A program made the translations under genes and the position numbers. A stretch of DNA of 63,984 nt, counting the filler, from Pirum gemmata (Eukaryota): the NCBI GenBank assembly GCA_002812295.1. It is 27 parts of 27 records of this genome, joined end to end, with 100 filler letters (N's around TTAATTAATTAA, not from the genome) between each part and the next. Parts side by side here need not be neighbours in the genome. Positions count along the whole stretch, not along the records: positions 1 to 3,164 come from PDIN01009558.1; positions 3,265 to 5,191 come from PDIN01009560.1; positions 5,292 to 7,238 come from PDIN01009561.1; positions 7,339 to 9,968 come from PDIN01009562.1; positions 10,069 to 12,057 come from PDIN01009563.1; 22 more parts are not named here. The stretch is one strand, 5' to 3'. Under the pieces are notes generated by a model. It was not told the DNA's origin. It made no database searches and saw nothing but the letters and a program-made list of their open reading frames with translations. Shown piece after piece: positions 1 to 10,099 of this stretch (positions within the stretch are counted from its first letter, which is position 1; each line of letters begins with the position of its first letter).

Positions 1-1
1 A

Positions 2-104
2 AATTACAATAATTATATTCACAATAGTCCTCGCTGTAACCTCGAGAACAAAGTTACTAAATACTCTATCACAAAATCTTACAGTGAAAATGATTGCCTT
101 TATA

Positions 105-115
<11 letters not shown>
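2..115 (+). CDS. 3' end of an upstream tandem paralog of the 709-1272 gene (5' truncated by window edge)
   Basis: nt 1-110 are identical to 1020-1129. Reads NYNNYIHNSPRCNLENKVTKYSITKSYSENDCLYINK*. Confidence 0.6.
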
Positions 116-152
<37 letters not shown>

Positions 153-708
153 AAGTCTAATAATAGGTCTAACAATAATAATTGTAAAATAGTGTAGTCG
201 TAATAAAAATTGGCTAAAAAAAATGCAATAATAATAATAATAAGTAATAATAATAAATGCAATAATATTATGTAAAATTCGAGTATCCGTATATATGGTC
301 TTTCGGCCCTTGGTCAATATACTATATATATACAATTAATGAAAATCAAAATAATAATAATAATAATAATTTTAGAAATAATATTAATTTTTTTTTAAAA
401 AAAAAATTATATGAAATACATGCAATATTATATATGTAATAAAAATTAAAAAACAAAAAGAAATAAAGAAACAAAGAAATAATTAAAAACAATAACAATA
501 ACAACAATATCATTCTTAAAAATATCTTAAACTACTTAGCAATAACTTTAGCAATACACATTTTCTTATAAAATTATATATAGTTTTATGTAATTATGTC
601 TATATCTATATAGTAATACTAATTACAATATTATATATTTCTAAACTATTCCTAAGCCTAATCCTAATCCACTCTAAAAAATAACGCTAAAACCGTAATA
701 CAAATAAA

Positions 709-1135
709 ATGTGGAGGCCTTGGGAGGAAACCAGTGTGAAAGATGTTGTTTCGAACAATGGTAAAAACAACGATCTTACCCGCACTAGCATAATACCAAC
801 AGAATGTCAAAACCAGCAACCACAACAACAACCACCACTTTCACCATCGCTATCAATACCACAACAACCACCACTTTCACCATCGCCATCAATACCACAA
901 CAACCACAACAACCACAACAACAGCAACAAAAACAACCATTCATAACACGGTCCCACTCTACCGAATTCATAAATGATAATACGAAAAGACTTAAACAAA
1001 ACAAATCCAATTTTCTTATAAATTACAATAATTATATTCACAATAGTCCTCGCTGTAACCTCGAGAACAAAGTTACTAAATACTCTATCACAAAATCTTA
1101 CAGTGAAAATGATTGCCTTTATATAAATAATAATA

Positions 1136-1173
<38 letters not shown>

Positions 1174-1272
1174 GTTAATAATAATCACTATTATTATAAT
1201 TATTATTATAATAATGCTATTGTGCTTTTCATTTATTTTGTTAACTACGAATATTTATTTGATTGTTTATAA
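709..1272 (+). CDS. Low-complexity Q/P/N-rich protein starting MWRPWE (WRPW motif)
   Basis: 187-aa ORF with A-rich start context, coding-like composition, an internal QQPPLSPS duplication and a duplicated paralog upstream. The 3' end runs into a MITE, so the stop is uncertain. Confidence 0.6.
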
Positions 1273-1365
1273 TAATATTATTTAAATGGATACTTTCAAA
1301 TAAATAAATATATAATAAAGTATACCAAATTAAATAAAATAGATTTATATTGTATAAATNTTTGG
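1220..1365 (-). mobile_element. MITE family A copy (partial)
   Basis: Begins TATTGTGCTTTTCATTTATTTTG and matches the body of 4847-5121 in reverse. Confidence 0.75.
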
Positions 1366-1872
1366 TCTATCAGTCTTTTATCCTGACTTCAAATAAATCA
1401 GAATGTAACTTGTATTTTTTAAAAAAATTTAATATGAAAATATTACGTAAAAAGCTATAATTATTACGTAAAAAGTTTAAATATTACGTAAAAATGATGT
1501 CATGTTTTTTTAAAACAACTTTTTTATTGAATTCCTGACTTTTTCCTGACTTTTCCTGACTTTCAGCCAATCAAAAGTTCATATTTATTTTAAATACATT
1601 AATATCATTCGTCAATATGACTCATCAAATAGACTAAAATTAGGCATCACTTGATTAAATTCAATATTATTAGCTAAAAAAACTTGGTTCTCTGTAATAT
1701 TATTTGCTTATTTACCGTGACTACCGTGACTATTTTCCATGAACAGTAATATAGAGTAATACTATTGGATTACCATCAAAAATATCTCAATTGCTAATCA
1801 TATTCGCTAAATCAGTCTTTTGTTTACTAAAATAAAACCTAAACCAATTATAATGCCTAAAGGGGTGAGTAT

Positions 1873-1913
<41 letters not shown>

Positions 1914-1919
1914 CAAGTG

Positions 1920-2430
1920 GTTTCGTCAACATACCCCCTGCATGGTACCATTACCAAAAAATTCAATAAACTCAACCTCTCAATATTTTAAAAATACATT
2001 ATTTAATTATAGTGCGTCATTATATTCGTCACAAAAATTACGTCATCACAATTAGAAGTGCAAATACGTCATAATTGAAAATTGGATTTTTTTTTATTGT
2101 AATTTTTTTATAGAAGACTACCCAAAAAAATCCACTCAGAAAAAAACTCAATCCCCTCTCAATATAAAATACATTTGATTCTCGGGCGTCATTGGATGAA
2201 AATCAAAAAATTACGTCATAAAATAGATAACCAATCAAGAATCAGCTCGAAACCGCAAAATCAAAATGGAAGGACGATTCATAATGACGCAATAATTGAA
2301 AATGACGTATTTAAATTTGAGAGGGGTTTGGTTTTTTGATTTGTACTTCCACAAAACAATGTTGGAATTAGATAAAAAAAAAGCAATGACGTTTTTGAAT
2401 CTCTGTATGTCAATAATATACGTCAGTTAA
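1920..2430. promoter_or_regulatory. Cluster of CRE/ATF half-sites (TGACG/CGTCA) with a CCAAT box
   Basis: About 10 CGTCA/TGACG words in 500 bp of very AT-rich DNA, arranged in repeated ~55-bp modules. Confidence 0.35.
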
Positions 2431-2681
2431 ATTCAAAATTGCGATTTTCAGTGTTTCTTGAAAAAAATCAAAGAAATCGAAAAAAAAATCAAAAAAATCA
2501 AACCCAAAATACAAATATAGTAATAAAAATCGAGAATAAGCGAAAAAATTGCGAAAAAATAATACACATTTACCTAATAAAAAAAATGAATCTAGCTAAT
2601 AAAAGCGCATTTCTCCGTTGTTTAACAGCTTATTCGCTTGTTTGGCAATGGTTGATGGGTTTTTTTGGTTTTTCGTTCTGG

Positions 2682-2952
2682 CTTTTGTTTTTGTTTTTGT
2701 TTTTTTTTGTTTTTGGTTTTGGTTTTTGTTTTTGTTTTTGTTTTTGTTTTTGTTTTTGTTTTTGTTTTTGTTTTTGTTTTTGTTTTTGTTTTTGGTTTTG
2801 GTTTTGTTTTTTGTTTTTGTTTTTGTTTTTGTTTTTGTTTTTGTTTTTGTTTTTGTTTTTGTTTTTGTTTTTGTTTTTGTTTTTGTTTTTTGTTTTTGTT
2901 TTTGTTTTTGTTTTTGTTTTTGTTTTTGTTTTTGTTTTTGTTTTTGTTTTTG
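2682..2952. repeat. (TTTTTG)n microsatellite
   Basis: Direct inspection. Confidence 0.95.
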
Positions 2953-3164
2953 TTTGCTTTTATTCAAGGACTTCAAAAAACTTCAAAAAAAGAACCAGGA
3001 GTGGGGCTTTGCTCAGCTGCGGAAAGTATTTTTTTGCTTGGGAGTAGAAAATCCCGGAGTTTTTTCAGGGGAGGAAGTTTTTAAAGTTGGCCAGTGTTGG
3101 CTTGTTTTTGAACCCTTTTTTTTTTTTTTTTTATGATAGTCTACCGAAAAGAACTGAATTTATT

Positions 3165-3264
3165 NNNNNNNNNNNNNNNNNNNNNNNNNNNNNNNNNNNN
3201 NNNNNNNNTTAATTAATTAANNNNNNNNNNNNNNNNNNNNNNNNNNNNNNNNNNNNNNNNNNNN
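3165..3264. other. Artificial scaffold linker N44-TTAATTAATTAA-N44 (first of 26 in the window)
   Basis: Identical 100-bp block with stops in all six frames, recurring every ~2-4.5 kb. Confidence 0.98.
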
Positions 3265-4494
3265 CTTGTTGTTCTTGTTGTTCTTGTTGTTCTTGTTATT
3301 TATTATTTTTATTATTATTTGTTCACATTTAATAGCACATTTACCACAGTCCATATATATATTATTATGGAAATTTTTTTTTATTTTTGGAAATTGTTTT
3401 TTCTTTTGGAAATAATTATTGTCTTTGTAATAATTATAATACTTTTTTTCTTTTTCTTTTTTCAGTCTTTTTCTCTTTTTCTTTACAAATTCTGTACAAT
3501 TATAATTATAAATTGTATACTTCAAATAAACTAAATAAATACTTAATTTGTGTCCAAATATTAAATTTATATGTTATATATTTATTTGGGTAGCTTTTAA
3601 ATCCACAAAAATTGGCGAAGCGAATATTTTGCGCATGTTTTCAATATAAAAATAAGCCGAAAAAGAATAAAATAGCGTTAAAATGACGTCATTTTCAAAT
3701 TTCAATCTCCCAACGAAAAAAAAAACACTCAAGAGCTATTGGTTAATATGATAATAACACAAATACAGTAATTACTAATATTATTACCAAATATGTTAAT
3801 TATATTACCATATATAGTTATTATACCTTAATGCGAAAATTATTATTGCTCTTTTTGAATATTCATTTCTTTTAAATTGACAGGTTTCAAACATAAGTAA
3901 ATACTATGTTTGCATATGAACATATAATATCAAACAAGTTACTCTTGCGTAATATTTCCGCAAAAATGAAGAAAAGAAAAAATACAGTACTCCATTTTAA
4001 TTGGTTAATATAGTGAAAAGTTAATTGAAAAACAACGCTGATTTGCTGATGGGTATACCTAGCTAGCTACCCGTTTTGAGGATAATTTTCGTTCGATTTG
4101 AATTATACCAATACGAATATAGTATTTACTTAGATTTGAAAACTTTTACTTTTTTATGTCATAATAAAAAAAAAAATAAAAAAAAATAGTATTTTTTTTA
4201 TTATTATTATTTTGTATCATAAATTCATAATGCGTAAAAAAAAAAGGATCGATAAAAAAAATTCGCAAGTCTATTTTTAGGGCCAACTGACCTCTAGCTA
4301 GCTAGCTAGCTAGCTAGCCAACTGGCAACTATGATGATAACCCTGACCCTATCACTCCCTATCGATATCGATAACAACTACCCTAACACTACCCTCTCGT
4401 AGCTAGACACTACCCTAACCACCCCCTAACCCTATGATAACCCCCCTGGATAACCCCCTACTACTAGCTAGCTAGTAGCTAGCCAGCTAGCCTT

Positions 4495-4775
4495 AACCTA
4501 TCAATCCTAACCCTGACCCTAACCCTTACCCAAAACCTGACTCTAACCCCAACCCTAACCCTTCCCCAGACCCTACTAACCCTAACCCTAACCTTAACCC
4601 TAACCCTAACCCTAACTAACCCTACTACTTATCATACTAACTAGTAGCTAGCTAGCTAGACAGCCCTAACCCTAACTAGAGATTAACCCTAACCCTAACC
4701 CTAGCTAGACCAGTGCTAGCTAGACCCCTAACCCTAACCCTAACCCTAACCAGTCTAACCCAAACCCTAACCCTT
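4495..4775 (-). repeat. Degenerate (CCCTAA)n interstitial telomere-type array interleaved with CTAG/AGCT words
   Basis: Direct inspection. Confidence 0.85.
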
Positions 4776-4846
4776 CTATCATACCCTAGCAAGCTAGATG
4801 AGAAGTAAAATAGAAAAAATAAGCTTGAGTAAAATAAGTTATCGTA

Positions 4847-5121
4847 TCGTGCTTTTCAGTTGTTTTATCATCTGTTGAGGTGTTACTATATTTGGTATTT
4901 ATAATACATATATGCCATATATGTATATATAAATACCAAATATAGTAACACCTCAACACATCATAAAATATACAATAAAGAGTACCAAATTAACAAAATA
5001 AAACCCCATTTCATTTAATTTGGTACCTTTTATTATCTATTTATTCATTTAAAAATGACAATTTAAATATTATAATCAACCAAATAAATATTCTGAGTGA
5101 CAACATAAATGAAAAGCACAA
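4847..5121 (+). mobile_element. Full-length MITE family A (Tc1/mariner/pogo-like, TA-flanked) carrying a nested 86-bp insertion
   Basis: Imperfect ~22-bp TIRs GTGCTTTTCAGTTGTTTTATCA and TGACAACATAAATGAAAAGCAC, flanked TA-TC and AA-TA. About 14 copies in the window. Confidence 0.85.
4873..4958. mobile_element. 86-bp palindromic TGT..ACA element with 4-bp TSD (CATC), Ginger/Tdd-like MITE
   Basis: 31-bp perfect arms TGTTGAGGTGTTACTATATTTGGTATTTATA. CATC at 4869-4872 and 4959-4962. Absent from sister copies of family A. Confidence 0.75.
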
Positions 5122-5160
5122 TATTAAAAAACCTTATAAAAAGCAAATAGTCAAGCGCCA

Positions 5161-5191
<31 letters not shown>

Positions 5192-5291
5192 NNNNNNNNN
5201 NNNNNNNNNNNNNNNNNNNNNNNNNNNNNNNNNNNTTAATTAATTAANNNNNNNNNNNNNNNNNNNNNNNNNNNNNNNNNNNNNNNNNNNN

Positions 5292-5350
5292 GTTAGGGGT
5301 TAGGGGTTAGGGGTTAGGGGTTAGGGGTTAGGGGTTAGGGAGTTAGGGGG
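5292..5350 (+). repeat. (TTAGGGG)n heptamer telomere-variant array at a scaffold end
   Basis: Direct inspection. Confidence 0.85.
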
Positions 5351-5538
5351 TAAGGGAAGGGGTTTAAAAGTAATAGTAAAAATAAGAATAACAACACACA
5401 TAAGAAAATCAGTTAAGACAAAAGCCCACTACAATCTAAGACCATATAAGCATGAAAAAAGCCGGTAGTAAAAAAACAAAACAAAAAATGATAACGAAAA
5501 CAATAACAACAGTAAGTAAAATGCCAAAAATAACGTTG

Positions 5539-5871
5539 TCAACGACCACGAAAACCAACATGTAAATTACAATACAGGAACAATAAATAACCTTGTGTTG
5601 CATTTTCAAAACTACGAAGGTATTCTTCAAGGTCAAGTCCTCGGTTAAACACAAAGTTAGGATCCATATTATTTCTCCATTTTTTGGGCGGAAGTTTAGG
5701 AAGTGTTACTCCGGCAGATTTAACTTTCGAAGCATCATTGTGGAACTTGACAAAATCGCTGTAACGTTTATGAACTACATTTTTACTTCCCCGAATCTTA
5801 ATGCAGTATACAGTGTAAGGTTTACCATTACTGTCTGTTATTATTCCGTTCGTATGTATACTGATGTGCAT
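5539..5871 (-). CDS. PX (Phox homology) domain-only protein, sorting-nexin-like
   Basis: PX hallmarks YTVYCI, KRYSDF, LPKLPPKK, R..DLEEYL in a 110-aa intronless ORF. Confidence 0.88.
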   Translation of the reverse strand: MHISIHTNGIITDSNGKPYTVYCIKIRGSKNVVHKRYSDFVKFHNDASKVKSAGVTLPKLPPKKWRNNMDPNFVFNRGLDLEEYLRSFENATQGYLLFLYCNLHVGFRGR

Positions 5872-6445
5872 TTTAAAATTTGAAGAAAGGGATTTTCGAA
5901 TTGAAGTATTATCAATAGTACTAGTATGTAAACAAATAATAATAACAATAATAATAATAGTTGTTTTACTTTTTTATTAAATTTTTGTTATAATATATTA
6001 TTATGAATTTTTTCCTGAATTTTTTTTTTGTTTTTTTTTGTTTTTGTTTTTGTTTTTGTTTTTGCTTTTTTCGTGTTTTTGTTTTAGCCATCTTGTTCCC
6101 ATGTTCCACATTTTTACTTTTTTTTTAATTTAATTTGCTCAAAAAATTGTAATTAAAAACCGCCAAATTATTATAATAGATACAATTTAAGCAATATATA
6201 GTGTAAACTGAACAGTGGTTATAAATTTCAAATAGCCAAATAAAGCGGGAAAAAACAAGTACAAAAAAACAACCAAAAGTTAGTCTATTAGCCTTAGTTA
6301 CTTAGGCCTTAGTTAGCTAGTAGCTATCATACTAGCTAGTATTCAAGGGGTAGGTAGATAGGGGTATTTGAAGCTGTATTTGACAGGAATGTTGTATGAA
6401 TGAAAAAACAAAAGAAGAAAAAAGATTATTTATTGTAAGTAAAAT

Positions 6446-6513
<68 letters not shown>

Positions 6514-7371
6514 AAAAAAAAAAAAAAANNNNNNNNNNNNNNNNNNNNNNNNNNNNNNNNNNNNNNNNNNNNNNNNNNNNNNNNNNNNNNNNNNNNNNNN
6601 NNNNNNNNNNNNNNNNNNNNNNNNNNNNNNNNNNNNNNNNNNNNNNNNNNNNNNNNNNNNTGAAAAAAAATCTCTCAGCAGATTTTTTAAAAATCTTATC
6701 TAGCTCCTTTTTTAAAATTAAAGTATTATTCGCTTATAATTGACTTTATTTAGTAATTATCAAATAATCTCTAATAAAAATATTTTTATTAAAAACTTAA
6801 AATTAACCAACTAATAAAATATTCGTTTTAAAGTTTTAAAATTTATTAAGAGATTTCTTTCTATATATAGTAATTTATCATTATTTTATTATTTTTTTTT
6901 CAAATTTTACAAGGAAATTTTCTAGGAAAATTTTGGTTTTGATATTTTTTTTTGGCCAATAACCAATAAATAAAATTCTAGCTGAAAAAAGCTGAAAAAA
7001 TAGTTACCAAATAAACTTCAAAAATTCCTTTTTTGGATTTAAAATCATTACCTTAAAGGCTAAAAAATTTTCAAAGTTAAATTATTAACCAATAGTAGAA
7101 CCCGTAGACTGTATAACTACCCTATTAGTCTAGCTAGCCTATTTAGTGCTTTTCAGTTGTTTTGTCATGTCCCATCATTTTACTTAATGATATTATATCG
7201 AAAAAAGAGAACTATATGTATTTTTGTGTTTTATGAATNNNNNNNNNNNNNNNNNNNNNNNNNNNNNNNNNNNNNNNNNNNNTTAATTAATTAANNNNNN
7301 NNNNNNNNNNNNNNNNNNNNNNNNNNNNNNNNNNNNNNAGCAAGCAAGCAAGCAAGCAAGCAAGCAAACAA

Positions 7372-7407
<36 letters not shown>

Positions 7408-7989
7408 ACAAACAAACAAACAAGCAAACAAGCAAGCAAGCAAGCAAACAAACAAGCAAGCAAGCAACTAACGAACCAATCAACCAAACAAACAACCAAC
7501 AACTAAACTACTAAACAACCAAAATAATAACTTATGAAAAAAGTTTGAAACTGGAATAGTGAAGAGAGTGAGAGAGAGAGAGAGAGAAAGACAGAGAAAG
7601 ACAGAGATTAGAAACCACTTCCAACTTATACGATTTAGTAGTCTTTATTTACTGATTATTAATCCGAAATGTTCTATTGTAATGTGTTTGATTTAAGTTT
7701 TTCTAGTTAAGCTTGCTTTTTTTTTCTTTATATATATATATATATTTATAAATCCAAGAAAAACAGGTAATTAGAATGTTAATTTTTTTTAATATTGAAC
7801 ACTGTTAGTGCAGTGTTTTTTGTTTTGTTTACTATTTCTTCATATCTTTTTTATTGTACCCAAATTACATTTTAGTTTTTGCTTGTGTTTTTGCTTTTTA
7901 AAATCCGTCACCTCGGAAAAGGTTTGGTGTCGTCCTGAGGCATGTATGCTAGTTAGTATAAAAAATATTTTGTTTGTATTATTATTATT

Positions 7990-9230
7990 ATTATTTATAT
8001 AATTATTAATACTAATTATTATTCACACAATAATTAATGGTATGGTATATACAATAGTTAATGATAAGTATTATTATTATTTGTATAATAATTCATAATA
8101 GTTAATGATAAGTAGTATTATTATTTATATAATAATTCATACCAATTAGTATTCATGCAATAATTAATGGTATGATAAATACAATAGTTAATGATAAGGA
8201 TTATTATTATTTGTATAATAGTTTATGGTATTAGTCAAGAGTTGTAAATTATAACTCTTGTATTCGTGTAATAATTAATGGTATGATAAAATACATAAGT
8301 TAATGATTAAGATATTTATATATTAATTAATAATTCTTAGCAATTAGTATTCATGCAATACTTACTGGTATGATAAATACAATAGTTAATGATAAGGATT
8401 ATTATTATTGTATAATAATTTATGGTTTTCGTCAAGAGTTATAAATTATAACTCTTGTATTCGTGCAATTGTTAGTGGTATGATAAAGTACATTAGTTAA
8501 TGATAAGTATCATTATTTATATAATAATTAACAATCCATAGCAATTAGTATTCATGCAATAATTAATGATATGATAAATACAATAGTTAATGATAAGTAT
8601 TATTAGTATTTGTATAATAATTTATGGTATTCGTCAAGAGTTGTAAATCATAACTCTTGTATTCGTGCAATAATTAATGGTATGATAAAATGCATTAGCT
8701 AATGATATGTTTATTATTTATATAATAATTCATAGCAATTAATTACCATTCATGCAATAATGAATGGTATGGTAAATACAATAGTTAATGATAAGTATTA
8801 CTATTATTTATATAATAATTCATAGCAATTAGTATTCGTGCAATAATTAATGGTATGATAAATACAATAGTTAATGGTAGGTATTACTATTATTTATATA
8901 ATGGTAATTATTATATATATATTACAATAAATATTGATAAGTAATATTATTATCAATATAATAATTAATACCAATTATTACTCACTCAATTATTGCATCG
9001 TAAAATACAACAAGTATGATAAAAGTGTTATTATTATTCATATAATAGTTAATATTAATTACTATTCTTACAATAATTAATGATATATATTATTATCCAT
9101 ATAACAATTAATAGTAATTACTATTCATATAAAATTAATGGTATAATAAATACAATAATTAATTATATAAGTATTATTATTATTCATATAATAATTAATA
9201 TTAATTTCTAAACGTGCAATAATTAATGTA
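7990..9230. repeat. AT-rich minisatellite with alternating ~87- and ~111-bp units
   Basis: AATAATTAATGGTATGATAAA recurs near 8159, 8271, 8357, 8467, 8558, 8669, 8755, 8843. Long units carry CAAGAGTT..AACTCTTG. Confidence 0.85.
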
Positions 9231-9232
9231 AA

Positions 9233-9304
9233 GTTAGAGGTTAGGGTTAGGGTTAGGGTTAGGGTTAGGGTTAGGGTTAGGGTTAGGGTTAGGGTTAGGG
9301 TTAG
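9233..9304 (+). repeat. (TTAGGG)n interstitial array
   Basis: Direct inspection. Confidence 0.95.
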
Positions 9305-9388
9305 TAACCTTTCAGCTTAGTAAAAAAAAACAATTGGATCATATCAGCTNAATAATATATTGATCTTCATTTATTTATATTACGTAAG

Positions 9389-9658
9389 ATGGAAACTCCA
9401 TCATCTGAACCAGAAGCCAAAAAGATTCCACCGCCAGCCTTAAAAAAAAAGAAACACGTTCACTTTGCTGCGTATAATAGACAATACCCAACATACTCCT
9501 CTAATTATTACGATCGTCGGTCCAAAGAGCAAATATATACAGACAAAAAAATCAAAGTTATACGAAGACAGTTAGATGAATTACATAATGAATTATTTCC
9601 TGATAACCCTATTATTTTAGAAGAAGAAGTGGTATGTTCTTTTTTTATCAAAGTTTAA
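9389..9658 (+). CDS. Small PP1-binding protein (PHACTR/neurabin/Bni4-type module)
   Basis: KKHVHF (RVxF-type) followed by PTYSSNYYDRR and IRRQLDEL, collinear with the PHACTR/spinophilin/Bni4 PP1-binding signature. Possible donor GTATGT at 9632. Confidence 0.65.
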   Translation: METPSSEPEAKKIPPPALKKKKHVHFAAYNRQYPTYSSNYYDRRSKEQIYTDKKIKVIRRQLDELHNELFPDNPIILEEEVVCSFFIKV

Positions 9659-10099
9659 TGATAATTAGATTATATATATATATATTATGTCCATTTTTAC
9701 TGTAGATTGATTATAGGAATTGTTTTATTATTATTATTAATCTTTATTTACGTAATGAATTATTTATTCCCTAATAACCTTGTTATTTTAGAGGAAGAAA
9801 TAACATGCGTCTTTTTTTTATCAAAATTTAATATATATATTTTTACTGTAAATTGATTATTGAATTGTCTTATTGTTGTTCTTTATCTTTTACTCTATCC
9901 CAATCTTTTTACTCGAATAGCTTTATATTATTATCGTTATCGTTATCTTATTATTATTATTATTATTANNNNNNNNNNNNNNNNNNNNNNNNNNNNNNNN
10001 NNNNNNNNNNNNTTAATTAATTAANNNNNNNNNNNNNNNNNNNNNNNNNNNNNNNNNNNNNNNNNNNNTTATTATTATTATTATTATTATTATAATTTG

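Noticed and set aside
2439..3136. Long FC/FV/FL/KQ dipeptide ORFs
   Set aside because: Translations of the (TTTTTG)n microsatellite.
7990..9230. Hairpin-containing repeats as a CRISPR array
   Set aside because: The sequences between hairpins are themselves repeated, so this is a minisatellite.
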